The translations under genes were made by a program, and so were the position numbers. A stretch of DNA of 64,000 bases from an uncultured Acidobacteriota bacterium (GTDB lineage: Bacteria > Acidobacteriota > Polarisedimenticolia > J045), in NCBI GenBank assembly GCA_963702425.1, contig CAVPCQ010000019.1:96001-160000 (forward strand), read 5' to 3'. Below, piece after piece: positions 1 through 10,669 of the stretch. Position 1 is the first letter of the stretch. Each line of letters begins with the position of its first letter. The notes below the pieces were generated by a model, which had not been told where the DNA came from, did no database searches, and worked only from the letters and a program-made list of their open reading frames with translations.

Positions 1-813
1 GGCGCGATGATCGTCGCTCCGCTGATGCTGCCGATCATGGGCCTGGCGTTCGGGACGAGCATCGCCGACCGCAGGGCGATGGCGAGCTCGATCACCGTGT
101 CGCTCGGGGGCATCGCGGCCGCGATCGCCGTCGGGCTGGTGTTGTCGCTGCCGATCCGGTCGTTGCTCCACGTCGAAGCCAGCACGCAGATCATGGCGCG
201 CACCTCCCCGCGGCTGATCGACCTGCTGGCGGCCCTGGCGACCGGCCTCGCCGGCGGCTTCGCGACCAGCCGGAAGGACGTCTCCGATACGCTGCCCGGG
301 GTGGCCATCGCGATCTCGCTGGTCCCGCCGCTCACCAACGCCGGGATCCTGCTCGCGGCCGGTCGGGTCGAGTTGGCGCTCGGGAGCCTGCTGCTCTTCG
401 TCACGAACTTCCTGGCGATCGTGCTGACCGGCACGCTGCTGTTCGCGGTCATGGGCTTCCCGCGCGCCGCCCTGAGCGAGGCGTCGCCGAAGGCGCGACG
501 GAACGCGCTGGCCCTGGTCCTGACACTCGTGCTCGTCATTGCCGTGCCGCTAGGTTCGTCCAGCTACCGGGCGGTGACCGACTCGCTGGCCGAGCAGCGC
601 GCCGCGAAGGCCGCGCGCGCCTGGATCCGGGGGAGCGACTACCGGCTCGTGTCGGCGCGAGGCGAGAGAACCTTCGTGCGCGTGACCGTCGCGGGGCAGG
701 GGGACCTGCCGCCCCTCGACGACCTCCAGGCGGCGCTTCGCGGCCGGCTCTGCGGCAAGTCGCTTGCCGTCGACGCGGTAACGGAGTTCAGGAGGACCGT
801 GCCCATCGAATAG
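1..813 (+). CDS. DUF389 family membrane protein (5' end probably outside window)
   Basis: GAMIVAPLMLPI, DLLAALATGLAG and LPGVAIAISLVPPL motifs; several TM helices; frame open from base 1. Confidence 0.8.
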   Translation, partial: GAMIVAPLMLPIMGLAFGTSIADRRAMASSITVSLGGIAAAIAVGLVLSLPIRSLLHVEASTQIMARTSPRLIDLLAALATGLAGGFATSRKDVSDTLPGVAIAISLVPPLTNAGILLAAGRVELALGSLLLFVTNFLAIVLTGTLLFAVMGFPRAALSEASPKARRNALALVLTLVLVIAVPLGSSSYRAVTDSLAEQRAAKAARAWIRGSDYRLVSARGERTFVRVTVAGQGDLPPLDDLQAALRGRLCGKSLAVDAVTEFRRTVPIE

Positions 814-871
814 GCGAGACGGTGCGCTCGGAAACGCGGCCGCCGATCGCGCGGCGGCGGAAGCCCCCCCC

Positions 872-2335
872 TCATGCGTCATCCCGTGCCGGGAGCGCGT
901 CCAGCCCCGCGCTGCGCGCCGAGTCCTCCATCCGCTGTACCAGCACCCGCTTCGCGTCGTCGCCGAGGCGCGAGGGGCGCCACGCCGCGACGAGCCGCTC
1001 GACCTCGCGCGTCGCGCGCGCCCGCAGCGGGAGCGCGCCCTCCTCGCGCCAGCGCGCCTCGGAGGCGCGGTCGATGACCGGCCCGGGGAACCGGATCTGG
1101 CTCGCGAGGTGCCGCCGCGTGTGCGCGGCGATCAGCAGGTGCTTCTCGCGCAGCAGCTCCTCGAGCAGCGGTCGCGCCGGGAAGTCGTCGCGCGGCTCGA
1201 TCCCCTGCACCAGCCGCAGCGCCATCCCGCAGGCCTCGTTGTCGACGACCAGCTTCTCCAGGCTCTGCGCGTTCTCGAGGTCGAGCATGCCGGGTCCCGA
1301 GACGGAGTTCACTCCGGAGAGCGCGGCCAGCACCGCGCCGGCGCCGGTCTCGAGCCCGGCCTGGGCGTCGAGCGCCTTGGCGTCGCTGAGCGCGATGTAG
1401 GCCTGGGTCGGCAAGCCGAGCTGGCGGCCGATCTCGTTCGCGCCGCAGGCCAGCATCATCGTCTCGATCGCACCCAGCGGGGCGGTCTCATAGCGGATGT
1501 CGAAGACCGCGGCCGAGCAGCCCCAGAGCAGCGGCGCGCCCGGCGCGGCGAGCTGTGCGATCACGACGCCGCTCAGGTTCTCGGCGGCGTGCTGCACGAG
1601 CGTGCCGACCAGCGTCACCGGGGCGAGGAATCCGGAGAAGGGGACCGCGACGACCTCGACCGGGATCCCGGCGCGCGCGCAGTCGACGAGGTTCGAGACG
1701 GTCGACTCGCTCCACTGCAGGGGCGAGGTCGGGCAGCAGGTGAAGAGCGCGAGCGGCCGCGCGCGCAGCGCCGCCTCGCTGCCGCGCGCGACGACGAGCA
1801 GGTCGCGCATCACCGCGAAGGCCTCGGCGGTGAAGGCCCCGGTCACGACCGGCTTCTCGCCGTAGAGCAGGGCGAGAAAGAGCCGGTAGCTGTCGGAGAT
1901 CGCGGCCGGAACGTCGGCCGGGATGAAGGCGGTGCTCTGCGCTGCGAGGTGCGGAAGCCCGGCGACGAGTTTCGCGTAGCGGACGTAGTCGGCGGTGACG
2001 GGCGCGCGCAGCTCGCCGGTGGCGCCGTCGAGGATCCGGATCGCGGCGGAACCCGGCGTGAAGTGGACGTTCCAGCCGGAGAAGTCGTGGGTCGGCTCGC
2101 CCGTCACGTCGAACAGACGGAAGGCGTGCGGCACGGTGGCCAGGGCGCAGTCGACGAGATCGCCCGGCAGACGGGCCCGGCGCGACGCGCGGTCGACCTC
2201 GGCGCCGTGGCCGGCGAGCAGATCGAGCACGCCGTCGTGGTGGATCTCGACGCCGAGGGTCGCGAGGACGTCCCGGGCCTCGGAGACGATCCGGTCGGCG
2301 AGGCGGTCGTCGAGCAGGCGGAGGGTCGGGCGCAT
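872..2335 (-). CDS. Trimethylamine methyltransferase (MttB) superfamily protein, non-pyrrolysine
   Basis: 487 aa; APVTLVGTLVQHAAENLSG, GLPTQAYIALSDAKALDAQAGLE and GPGMLD..SLEKLVVDNE motifs; Leu, not an amber codon, before SDAK. Confidence 0.9.
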   Translation of the reverse strand: MRPTLRLLDDRLADRIVSEARDVLATLGVEIHHDGVLDLLAGHGAEVDRASRRARLPGDLVDCALATVPHAFRLFDVTGEPTHDFSGWNVHFTPGSAAIRILDGATGELRAPVTADYVRYAKLVAGLPHLAAQSTAFIPADVPAAISDSYRLFLALLYGEKPVVTGAFTAEAFAVMRDLLVVARGSEAALRARPLALFTCCPTSPLQWSESTVSNLVDCARAGIPVEVVAVPFSGFLAPVTLVGTLVQHAAENLSGVVIAQLAAPGAPLLWGCSAAVFDIRYETAPLGAIETMMLACGANEIGRQLGLPTQAYIALSDAKALDAQAGLETGAGAVLAALSGVNSVSGPGMLDLENAQSLEKLVVDNEACGMALRLVQGIEPRDDFPARPLLEELLREKHLLIAAHTRRHLASQIRFPGPVIDRASEARWREEGALPLRARATREVERLVAAWRPSRLGDDAKRVLVQRMEDSARSAGLDALPARDDA

Positions 2336-2420
2336 GGTGGAAGGATGCGCGAAGGGCGGGGGGGCGGTCCACGTCTCTGGCTGCCTATCATGCCGTCATT
2401 TTTCGTGATAAAGTGACGGC

Positions 2421-3584
2421 ATGGTTGCCGCCCGCCTCTACCCCCGGCTGCTCCGTCCCCCCCGTGGCAGCTTCTTCCTCTTCGGCGTCCGCGGCGCGGG
2501 GAAGAGCACGTGGGCCGAACAGCACTTCCGCGCGGCGCGGCGCATCGACTTGCTCGACGAAGGCGTCCACCACGAGCTGCTCGGGGATCCCGCGCTCTTC
2601 GCAGCCCAGCTCCTGGACCTGCCCCGGGGGACCTGGGTGCTCGTCGACGAAGTCCAGCGCATTCCCAGCCTGCTCAACGAGGTCCACCGGCTGATCGAGC
2701 AGCGCGGTCTGCGCTTCGCCCTGCTCGGGTCGAGCGCGCGCAAGCTGAAGGCGGCCGGGACCAACCTGCTGGCCGGGCGCGCGACCTGGAAGACGATCTT
2801 CCCGTTCACGCCGGAGGAGCTGGGCGGCGACTTCTCCCTCGAAGCGGTCCTCACGCGCGGGAGCATCCCGCTGGTCTGGAGCGCGGAGGACCCGCGCCGG
2901 GCTCTCGAGGCCTATGTGCAACTCTACCTGCGGGAGGAGATCCGCGCCGAGGCGCTGGTGCGCAACCTCCCCGGGTTCGTGCGCTTCCTGCCGATCGCCG
3001 CGCTCTTCCACGGGCAGGTCGTGAACGTCTCCGGCATCGCACGCGACGCCGGGACGGCGCGGACGACCGTGGTCGGCTACCTCGACATCCTCGAGGACAC
3101 CCTGCTCGCCACGCGGCTGCCGGCCTACGAGGCGCGCCTGAGAGTGCGCGAGCGAAAACACCCGAAGCTCTACTGGGTCGATCCCGGGCTCGTGCGCGCT
3201 GCCAAGCGGCAGCTCGGTCCGCTGGCGATCGAGGAGCGAGGCGCGCTGCTGAAAGGATGGCTCTTCACCCTGCTCCGGACCTATGCCGAGGAGCGGGAGC
3301 TGTACGACGAGATCTTCTACTGGTCGCCGCCCTCCGCATCCGCGACGGAGGTCGACTTCCTGCTTCGCCGGGGACGTGAGTTTCTCGCGCTCGAGGTCAA
3401 GTCCTCGGCGCGCGCAGTGCCCGAGCTGACGAAGGGGCTGCGCGCGATCTCCGACCTGCCGCGCCTCGTGCGCCGGATCGCCGTCTACGCGGGGCCGCGC
3501 TCGCTGACGACGCCGGAGGGAATCGAGGTCTGGCCGGTCCGCCGCTTCCTGGAAGAACTCGCCGGGGGCACGCTCTGGCCCTGA
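2421..3584 (+). CDS. AAA+ ATPase with C-terminal DUF4143 (PD-(D/E)xK-like) domain
   Basis: Walker A GVRGAGKS, Walker B VDEVQR, LLGSS, LAGRA, PKLYWVDPG, EVDFL..ALEVK. Confidence 0.88.
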   Translation: MVAARLYPRLLRPPRGSFFLFGVRGAGKSTWAEQHFRAARRIDLLDEGVHHELLGDPALFAAQLLDLPRGTWVLVDEVQRIPSLLNEVHRLIEQRGLRFALLGSSARKLKAAGTNLLAGRATWKTIFPFTPEELGGDFSLEAVLTRGSIPLVWSAEDPRRALEAYVQLYLREEIRAEALVRNLPGFVRFLPIAALFHGQVVNVSGIARDAGTARTTVVGYLDILEDTLLATRLPAYEARLRVRERKHPKLYWVDPGLVRAAKRQLGPLAIEERGALLKGWLFTLLRTYAEERELYDEIFYWSPPSASATEVDFLLRRGREFLALEVKSSARAVPELTKGLRAISDLPRLVRRIAVYAGPRSLTTPEGIEVWPVRRFLEELAGGTLWP

Positions 3585-3641
3585 GGCGGGCGCTGACCCG
3601 GCTTGCTGTCGCAGCCGCCTTCCGAAATTCCGAGCCGATCG

Positions 3642-5832
3642 CTACGGGCAGGTCGCCGGCGCCGCCGCGATCCCCGCGTCGCGCGACCCGAGCTGCGAGG
3701 GGCTGCCGGAGTCGTAGCTCCCGCCCTCGCAGCCGCTCGCGCGCACCACGTAGAAGAACCCCGACGCCGGGGCCGGGACCGCAGTGTCGTCGATTGCGCT
3801 CGCAGCGATGTTGTTCGCGAGGCAGGCGTCCACCGCGGCGGCGAAGTTCCCGCGCGTGGCGACGAGCGTGGTCAGCGCTCCGCGAACGACGTCGAACGAG
3901 GTGCCGCGCGCCGCGGCGGCCCAGGCCAGGCGCGCGACCCTGCCGGGCAGCGGGGCCAGGCGGAGATCCGCAACGAGCCCCGGCCGGCAGCCCACGGAGA
4001 AGCCGGAGATCTGGTAGTTGTCGATGCGCGTCGGCGCGGGGTCGGCCGGCGACGGATTCGAGTAGATCCCCGCGGCGATCACCTTCGACAGCTCGGCCGC
4101 GCTGAGCGATCGCGACGCGGCCGGGTTCGGGACCAGCCGCGCGTCCGCGACGGCGCCGGGATCGACCGCCAACGGCACGAAGGTCATCGTGGGACCGATC
4201 GGTCCGGTGCCCAGCATGCCGTGGGTCACCGCCTGCGTGGTGTTGCCCGCCAGCGCCTGTCCGTGGACGAACCACTGCCCGGTCGAGAGCTGGAAAGCGA
4301 ACTGCAGCGCGGGACCGGCGCTGGCCGCATCCCCGTTCGCGTAGTCGACGGACACCGACGCGCCGTTGAGGTCGATGCTGGACGCGTTGTTCGAGGCCAG
4401 GAACTCGTTGGTGAAGAGCAGCGCGTCGCCTCGCCCCTGCGCCGTGGGGTCCGCCGCGAGGAAGTCGTTCTCCAGGAACAGGTGCCCGGACCCGAACTGC
4501 GAGCCGGCATCGTCCTGCGAAGTCAGCTTGGCGGCATTCACGCCGTCGTTCAGCGCGAACTCGGCGGAAGGCCCGCTGGGGTTCACGGTGCCGGCGAGGA
4601 AGCCCCAGCCCGTCGCGAGTGTCGAGGCGTCGTCGGCCTGCCCGTCGAACGTCTCGGTGAAGCTCCTCGGCACGACGGTGGGCGTGTAGGCCTCGGCCCG
4701 CGCGGTGAAGAGCCCCGATGCGCCGTCGACGCCGCCCGCCACCAGCACCTGCCCGTTGGAGAGAACCGTCGCCGAGTGCGACTCGCGCGCGACCGCCATG
4801 GAGCCCGTGCGCGACCACGCACCCGACTGCGGGTCGAAGATCTCGCAGCGCGGGATGTCGACGAACGAGTGCAGCTGGACCTGCTCGCCGCCGATGGCCA
4901 GCGCGCGGCCGTCCTCGAGGGCGACCAGGGGGAAGTACATCCGCGCGTCGAACATGTCGGGAACCGGGGTCCAGGTCGCCGTCGCGGGGTCGCCGACGTC
5001 GCTGGCGCCGTTGATCGCGCCCCACGTGTCCATGCCCCCGGCTGCCAGGACCTGCCCGGAGGAGAGGGTCGCCGCCGCGTGGCTGGAGCGGCCGACCGTC
5101 ATCAGGCCGCCGTCGGTCCACTGGTTGGTCCGGGGATCGAAGATCTCGGTGGTGTCCCAGCCGACCGCGTCGCCGCCGACCGCCATCACGCGTCCGTCGG
5201 GGAGGAGCGCCGCGGCGTGGGAGGCTCGCGCCTGGAGCATCGGTCCCGTGACCGACCACGCGCCGGTCGCGGGATCGTAGATTTCTCCGTTCGGGGCCGC
5301 CGCGGCGCAGCCCGCGGCGTTACACCCTCCGACCACGAGGACGCGCCCGTCCTTCAGCAGCGTCGCGGTGAAGTAGTAGCGCGGCGACGCCATGCTCGCC
5401 GCGGGGGACCAGAGCTTCGTTGCAGGGTTCCAGAGCTCGGCCGTCGCCGTGGGGCCCGCAACATCGGCGATCCCCTCCCATGACGAGGACGCGGCCGTCG
5501 CGGAGCGTGACCGCCTGGTGGTAAGCGCGCGCCCGGCTCATCGAACCGGCCGGGGTCCACGTGCCGGTCGCGGCGTCGTACAGCTCCGCCTCGGCGAGGT
5601 AGACCGTCTTGTTGCCGTGCGGCACGGGTACGATGCTGAGGCCCCCGATGGCCAGCGCCCGGTTTCCCGGCAGCGCGGCCAGCGGGAACTCGTTACGGGG
5701 CTTGAGCATCGCGCCGGTCTCGGACCAGGTGCCGGGGGCACCGGCGAGGCACACCGGGGCGAGCAGCGCCGCGACGAGGAACGCGACGGAGATCCTTGCG
5801 CCGGATCCGGTCCAACTGCGGCGAGCGGCCAT
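3642..5832 (-). CDS. Secreted Kelch-repeat beta-propeller protein with Cys-containing C-terminal domain; one frameshift near 5473
   Basis: ORF 5320..5874 gives the signal peptide and first repeats, ORF 3642..5393 the rest. Removing one G from GGAGGGGAT restores VMGGIADVAGPTATAELWNPAT. Repeats of R..H.ATLL.DGRVLV.GG; GGAGG RBS before ATG 5832. Confidence 0.85.
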
Positions 5833-5949
5833 GATCGACTCCTCCGTCGAATGTTGGACCGCCGCCTGTCGCATGGGGGGGGAAGAGGGCGACAGGCGGC
5901 GGTCTTGGTGCAGTTCCTCGGTCCTCTGAGGGGGGTGTCAGTCTTCTAC

Positions 5950-5965
5950 TGCAACATGAATGCCA
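5950..5965 (-). promoter_or_regulatory. Sigma-54 -24/-12 promoter of the Kelch gene
   Basis: Minus strand TGGCATTCATGTTGCA (GG-N10-GC) about 120 bp upstream of the ATG, next to a bEBP gene. Confidence 0.75.
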
Positions 5966-6094
5966 TCGCATCGATAGGGACGAGCCGCGGAAACGGCGCC
6001 TGCGAGCGGGTCCGGGCCACCGCGTGGTCCCGCCGGCGTATGAAAACCCCGACGAGGCCCCGGCCGATGCTCTAAAATTCGGACAGACGTCGTC

Positions 6095-7498
6095 TCAGGA
6101 ACGACCGCCGACTTCGAGCCCCAGCCTCTTGATCTTGTAGGCGATGTCGCTGCGCGAAAGGCCGAGCTGCCGGGCGGCCTCGGCCTGGACGCCGCCAGCC
6201 ACGCGCAGCGCGCGTCCGACCAGTTGCTTCTCGATCGACTCCAGGGTGGCGCGGATGTCGATCGGGGCCGGGAATGCCGCGTCCCAGTCCACGGACGCCG
6301 GCCCGGCCGACGCCGCAGCCGTCGCCGCCCCGCGGACGGCCACCGGTCCGATGTCCTCGAGCCCGATCTCCTCTCCCGTCGCGAGGATCAGCGCCCGCTC
6401 GACGATGTTGCGCAGCTCGCGGATGTTCCCGGGGAACGCATACCCCGAGAGGGCGTGGAGCGCCGCAGGAGCGACGCGGCGCGGGGCGGCGCTCATCGCG
6501 TGCGAGAACTGGCGGATGAAGTGCTCGACGAGTTCCGGCAGGTCCTCGATGTGTTCGCGCAGCGGCGGGACGGGGAGCGGCACGACCGCCAGCCGGTAGT
6601 ACAGGTCCTCGCGAAAGGCCCCCGCGGCGATGCGGGCCGCGAGGTCGCGGTGGGTCGCCGAGAGGATCCGGACGTCGACCTTGACCGGCTTGTGCGCACC
6701 CAGGCGCAGGACCTGCCCGTCGGTCAGCACGCGGAGCAGCTTGGCCTGCAACGCGAGCGGCATCTCGCCCGCTTCGTCGAGGAACAGCGTTCCGTGGTGG
6801 GCCGCCTCGAAGAGGCCCTGGCGGCTCCGGTCGGCCCCCGTGAACGCGCCCTTCTCGTGGCCGAACAGCTCGCTCTCGAGCAGGCTCTCGGGAAAGGCGG
6901 CACAGTTGATGGCGACGAAGGGGCCGGCGCGGCGCGCGCTCCCGTCATGAATCGCGCGGGCGACCAGCTCCTTCCCGGTTCCGGTCTCGCCGGTGATCAG
7001 GACGGTTGCCCCGGTCGGGGCCACGCGCGCGATCCGTTCCCGCACGGCCCCGATCGCTGCGCTCGTGCCCAGGATCTCGCCGGCGGAGCCCAGGCGCCGC
7101 ACCTCGTGGTGCAGCCGATCGTTCTCGCGGACCAGGTGCGCCCGCTCGGCGGCGCGGCGGACGACGGCCTTCACGACTTCCGGCATGAAGGGCTTGGTGA
7201 TGAAGTCGAACGCGCCGCGCCGCATCGCCTCGACCGCCAGGTCCACCGTGGCGAACGCGGTCAGGACCACCACGGGCAGCGCGGGATCGGCGTCATGGCA
7301 GGCGTCGAGGACCGCGAGGCCGTCCCCGTCGGACAGCCGGTAGTCGGTCAGGACGATGTCGAACGCGGCGGAGCCGACGATCTGGAGCGCCTGCGCGACC
7401 CCCTCGGCCTCGGTGACCTCGTGCCGCTCCTGGGCGAGGATCATCGCCAAGATCTGCCGCATGTGGATTTCGTCGTCGACCACCAGGATCCGCGCCAT
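6095..7498 (-). CDS. Sigma-54-dependent response regulator (NtrC/Fis family)
   Basis: Receiver [54 protein letters not shown]-terminal HTH. Confidence 0.95.
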   Translation of the reverse strand: MARILVVDDEIHMRQILAMILAQERHEVTEAEGVAQALQIVGSAAFDIVLTDYRLSDGDGLAVLDACHDADPALPVVVLTAFATVDLAVEAMRRGAFDFITKPFMPEVVKAVVRRAAERAHLVRENDRLHHEVRRLGSAGEILGTSAAIGAVRERIARVAPTGATVLITGETGTGKELVARAIHDGSARRAGPFVAINCAAFPESLLESELFGHEKGAFTGADRSRQGLFEAAHHGTLFLDEAGEMPLALQAKLLRVLTDGQVLRLGAHKPVKVDVRILSATHRDLAARIAAGAFREDLYYRLAVVPLPVPPLREHIEDLPELVEHFIRQFSHAMSAAPRRVAPAALHALSGYAFPGNIRELRNIVERALILATGEEIGLEDIGPVAVRGAATAAASAGPASVDWDAAFPAPIDIRATLESIEKQLVGRALRVAGGVQAEAARQLGLSRSDIAYKIKRLGLEVGGRS

Positions 7499-7527
7499 TC
7501 GCGCTCCTCCGAGGGACGCCCGGGATC

Positions 7528-8829
7528 TCAGTCCGCGGGGACCCAGAAGGTGAACTGCACGCCGTCCGCCTCGTTCCGTGACAGGGTGAGGTCGCCTCCG
7601 TGCGCACGCGCGATGTTGCGCGAGATCGCGAGCCCGAGGCCTGTGCCGGTCCGCTTGGTCGTGAAGAACGGCTCGAAAATCCGGTCCGACGCGCTCTCCG
7701 CGATGGGCGTGCCGCTGTTGAGCACCGTCAGTGCCACGCGCCGGGAGGCGACTCCCTGCGGTTCCTCGCGTGCTCCGAGGACCACGCGTCCGCCGCTTCC
7801 CGTCGCCTCGATCGCGTTGAGCACGAGGTTGAGCAGCGCCTGCTGCAGCTGAAAGAGGTCGAGGCCCGCGGAGAGACCGGCCGGACACTGGACCTCGAGC
7901 GTCACTCCCAGCTCCGCGGCCCGCGCGCGCGCGATTCCGGCGACGTACGCGAGGAGCGGCTCGATCGCACAGACCTGCCTGTCCGGCGGCCGGGCGCGGG
8001 CGTAGGCCAGGAAGTCGTCCGTCAGCTTCTCGAGCCGCGCCGCCTCGGCCCCGGCGATCGCGAACAGCTTCTCGCGGTCGGCCTCGCCCAGCTCTCCGCG
8101 CTGGGCCGCCGCGACCGAGCTGGCGATCATCCCGACGGGATTGCGGATCTCGTGCGCGATCGAGCTGGACAGTCGGCCGACGGCGGCGAGCTTCTCCTCG
8201 GCGATCAGCCGGTCGCGCGTCCGGTGCAGCTCCTCCATGCTCGCCGTGAGCTTCAGCTCCTCGCGGTGCAACTGGCCGGCGAGGAACCAGACCACCAGCC
8301 CGACGAGGACGAAGATCAGCGCGATCGTGGCGGCCTCGAAGTACTCACCCGGCATGATCGGGCCCTGCGCGAGGTCGAAGTCCCACGGCTGGTAGACCAC
8401 CAGCGCGGAGACGACCAGCAGAACGCCGATCAGGCCGGTCAGCGAGAAGCGGAACCCGGCCGCGATCACCGCCGGGATCATCAGGATCGGGTACGGACTG
8501 TCCACGGTCTGGCGCAGCGAAGATGCGAGCTGGGCGAACGCGATCGTGACCCACACCGAGGCGATCGAGTAGAAGCGCATCGCGCGCGGGCCGAGCGGCC
8601 GGCGCAGGGAGCGAAGCCAGACCAGCGCCGCCCCCTCGAGCAGGAAGAAGCACCCCAGGACGATCAGCACGCGGCGCGAAGGGAAGCCGAGCACCGGCTC
8701 GAACAGGACGTGGACCCCGACGAGCGCCGCCACCGCCGAGAGCGTGAGCAGGGCGAGCACCGACTCCTGCCGCTTGAAGCGCTGGAACGCGGAGCTGTCG
8801 GTCACGCGGGGGGGCTCCGTGGGGGACAC
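7528..8829 (-). CDS. Membrane sensor histidine kinase
   Basis: N-terminal TM helices; H-box AHEIRNP; NLVLNA; [15 protein letters not shown]. Confidence 0.93.
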   Translation of the reverse strand: MSPTEPPRVTDSSAFQRFKRQESVLALLTLSAVAALVGVHVLFEPVLGFPSRRVLIVLGCFFLLEGAALVWLRSLRRPLGPRAMRFYSIASVWVTIAFAQLASSLRQTVDSPYPILMIPAVIAAGFRFSLTGLIGVLLVVSALVVYQPWDFDLAQGPIMPGEYFEAATIALIFVLVGLVVWFLAGQLHREELKLTASMEELHRTRDRLIAEEKLAAVGRLSSSIAHEIRNPVGMIASSVAAAQRGELGEADREKLFAIAGAEAARLEKLTDDFLAYARARPPDRQVCAIEPLLAYVAGIARARAAELGVTLEVQCPAGLSAGLDLFQLQQALLNLVLNAIEATGSGGRVVLGAREEPQGVASRRVALTVLNSGTPIAESASDRIFEPFFTTKRTGTGLGLAISRNIARAHGGDLTLSRNEADGVQFTFWVPAD

Positions 8830-8931
8830 CGATCGGCCGCCGGGCGCGGCCTCCCGGCCGCGCTCCCGGAGAGGGACCGGATCTTGTCACGGAAGCCGGC
8901 CGGTCGCGACGCGGCGGGCGCCGGGATCGTG

Positions 8932-8947
8932 CGGCACGGGGGTCGCA
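8932..8947 (+). promoter_or_regulatory. Possible sigma-54 promoter upstream of PAP2 gene
   Basis: CGGCACGGGGGTCGCA has GG-N10-GC spacing; chance match possible in GC-rich DNA. Confidence 0.4.
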
Positions 8948-9078
8948 TTCCGACCGGGACCGTGCGAGCGGCCCTGGGGATCGCCAACGGCTCGACGATC
9001 CTCGGCAGCGACACCGGTGCCGTTGGCGCCGATTAAGACTGCGTAGTCGCGCTCGCCCGTCAGGAGTAGTCTCGGTCC

Positions 9079-10014
9079 GTGCGAGCGGAACAGGCGGTCG
9101 CGAGGATGCTGGTCGTGACCCTCCTGGCGGCGTTTTCGCCGGGTCTGGGTGCATACGCCGGGCCGTTCGACCCGAAGGCAGCCGCACCGGTCGACGCGAA
9201 GCCGGCCGCCCCGGCTGAGCCCCGCCCGTACTGGCGACAGAACCTCTTCCGCAGGATCTGGTTCGACCAGCGCCCCCTCCTTCTCGACTGGTGGCCCGCG
9301 GAGTTCGCGCGGCCCAACTTCTCCGTCCCGCTCGGCTTCACGACCCTCGTCGCGCTGACCTCGGACTGGGGCGACACCGGCGGGATCGACGTCACGATCG
9401 AGCGCACCATCCACGGTCAGTGCGGGACCCGCTGCACGAGCGCGAGCAACGCGCTGACGACCCTTGGCAACTGGCCGGTGCTCGCCGCGGGGATGGGGAT
9501 CGCGTGGTGGGCCGGAGCGCGCGCGGGCAACGAGCGCCTCGCCGAAGCGTCGAGCCTCGGTCTCGAAGCGCTGGCGACGACGGGCCTCTGGAACGAGGCG
9601 CTCAAGCAGCTCACGGCGCGCGCCCGTCCGCCCGGCGGGTCGCTCGGCGCCTTCTGGAACTACGGCGGGGCGCCGCCCGGGCAGGAGCTCGGCTCGTTCC
9701 CATCCGGCCACGCCCAGACCGCCTTCACCGTCGCGGCGGTCTACGCGACGGTCTATCGCGACCGGCCGTGGGTCGCGTGGCTGGCGTACGGCACGGCGTC
9801 GATGATCTCGCTCTCGCGGGTCTCGCTGGGTCGGCACTTCCCGACCGACGTCATCGTCGGCGGGATGCTCGGCGCGAGCGTCGGACGCTTCACCGTCGCC
9901 CGGGCCCACGGCGACCCGCACGCCGGCCGGGCGCTGCGCGGGATGCAGGGCTGGCAGCCGTCCATCGATCTCGGGCGCGGGACCTACGCGGTCTACTACG
10001 GGCGGACTTGGTAG
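9079..10014 (+). CDS. PAP2-family phosphatase, exported/membrane
   Basis: K..TARARP, SFPSGH, SRVSLGRHFPTDV motifs; N-terminal signal-like segment. Confidence 0.9.
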   Translation: MRAEQAVARMLVVTLLAAFSPGLGAYAGPFDPKAAAPVDAKPAAPAEPRPYWRQNLFRRIWFDQRPLLLDWWPAEFARPNFSVPLGFTTLVALTSDWGDTGGIDVTIERTIHGQCGTRCTSASNALTTLGNWPVLAAGMGIAWWAGARAGNERLAEASSLGLEALATTGLWNEALKQLTARARPPGGSLGAFWNYGGAPPGQELGSFPSGHAQTAFTVAAVYATVYRDRPWVAWLAYGTASMISLSRVSLGRHFPTDVIVGGMLGASVGRFTVARAHGDPHAGRALRGMQGWQPSIDLGRGTYAVYYGRTW

Positions 10015-10288
10015 ACCGAGAGCCGCGCGGCCGGCTCGCGCCGAGCGCGGCTTCGGGCGTCCCCGAGGCGGTGCCGGACGGAGCATGCTTCGGGCAGCGG
10101 CGTGCCGCGGGGGGCCCTCCCCGGAGGGGCGACGCGAACCCGTCCCCGCGAAGCAGAGCGAACCAGTCGGGACGAAGCGGGCAGAGCAAGCCCGAAGAAA
10201 ATGAACAAAAAAGGATAAATAAAGACACTTACGGTTAATCGTGATCAACTCCTCTTGAGAACCCTGGACCCGCGTCGCAGGTTTCCAC

Positions 10289-10317
10289 TTGCACATCGGT
10301 CCAAAGCCCCGTATCAA
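10289..10317 (+). promoter_or_regulatory. Possible sigma-70-type promoter of the peptide cassette
   Basis: TTGCAC-N17-TATCAA, preceded by an AT-rich tract at about 10195-10240. Confidence 0.3.
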
Positions 10318-10438
10318 TCTGTGGAAAGCCGCACCAGTACTGTTGATTACGGCGGCATAAGAGTTCGGTCAGGACGCGGCTGGCGTCTCACTTACGAGAC
10401 CGAGCCGAACCTGAGCGGGCTTCGGGAGGATCAAGACC

Positions 10439-10627
10439 ATGAGCGCCCCATCTCGGCTTCCTCGTCGCCCCTATCGTCGGCCGAGCGTGAAGACGCTTGA
10501 CACCCGGGCGCTTCTGGAGGCCCTCGGCCCTGCCCACTGCGACTACGGCCCCAGCCCCGAGAATCCCACCGGGGGTGGCCACGGCCACGGCAACGGCCAC
10601 GGCCACGGCCCCGGCCACGGTCACTAG
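10439..10627 (+). CDS. Putative RiPP precursor peptide (YxxP leader, Gly/His-rich tail)
   Basis: 62 aa; GGGAGGA RBS; leader PYRRPSVKTL; tail GGGHGHGNGHGHGPGHGH; directly upstream of kinase and PqqD genes. Confidence 0.7.
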   Translation: MSAPSRLPRRPYRRPSVKTLDTRALLEALGPAHCDYGPSPENPTGGGHGHGNGHGHGPGHGH

Positions 10628-10669
10628 GTCCCGCCGCACTCGGGGCCAGCCGCCCCGGCAGTGAGTTGA

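Noticed and set aside
3397-5483. Long alternative-frame and antisense ORFs here and throughout (e.g. 620, 626, 542, 478 aa)
   Set aside because: Arg/Pro/Ala-rich shadows of real genes, expected at high GC
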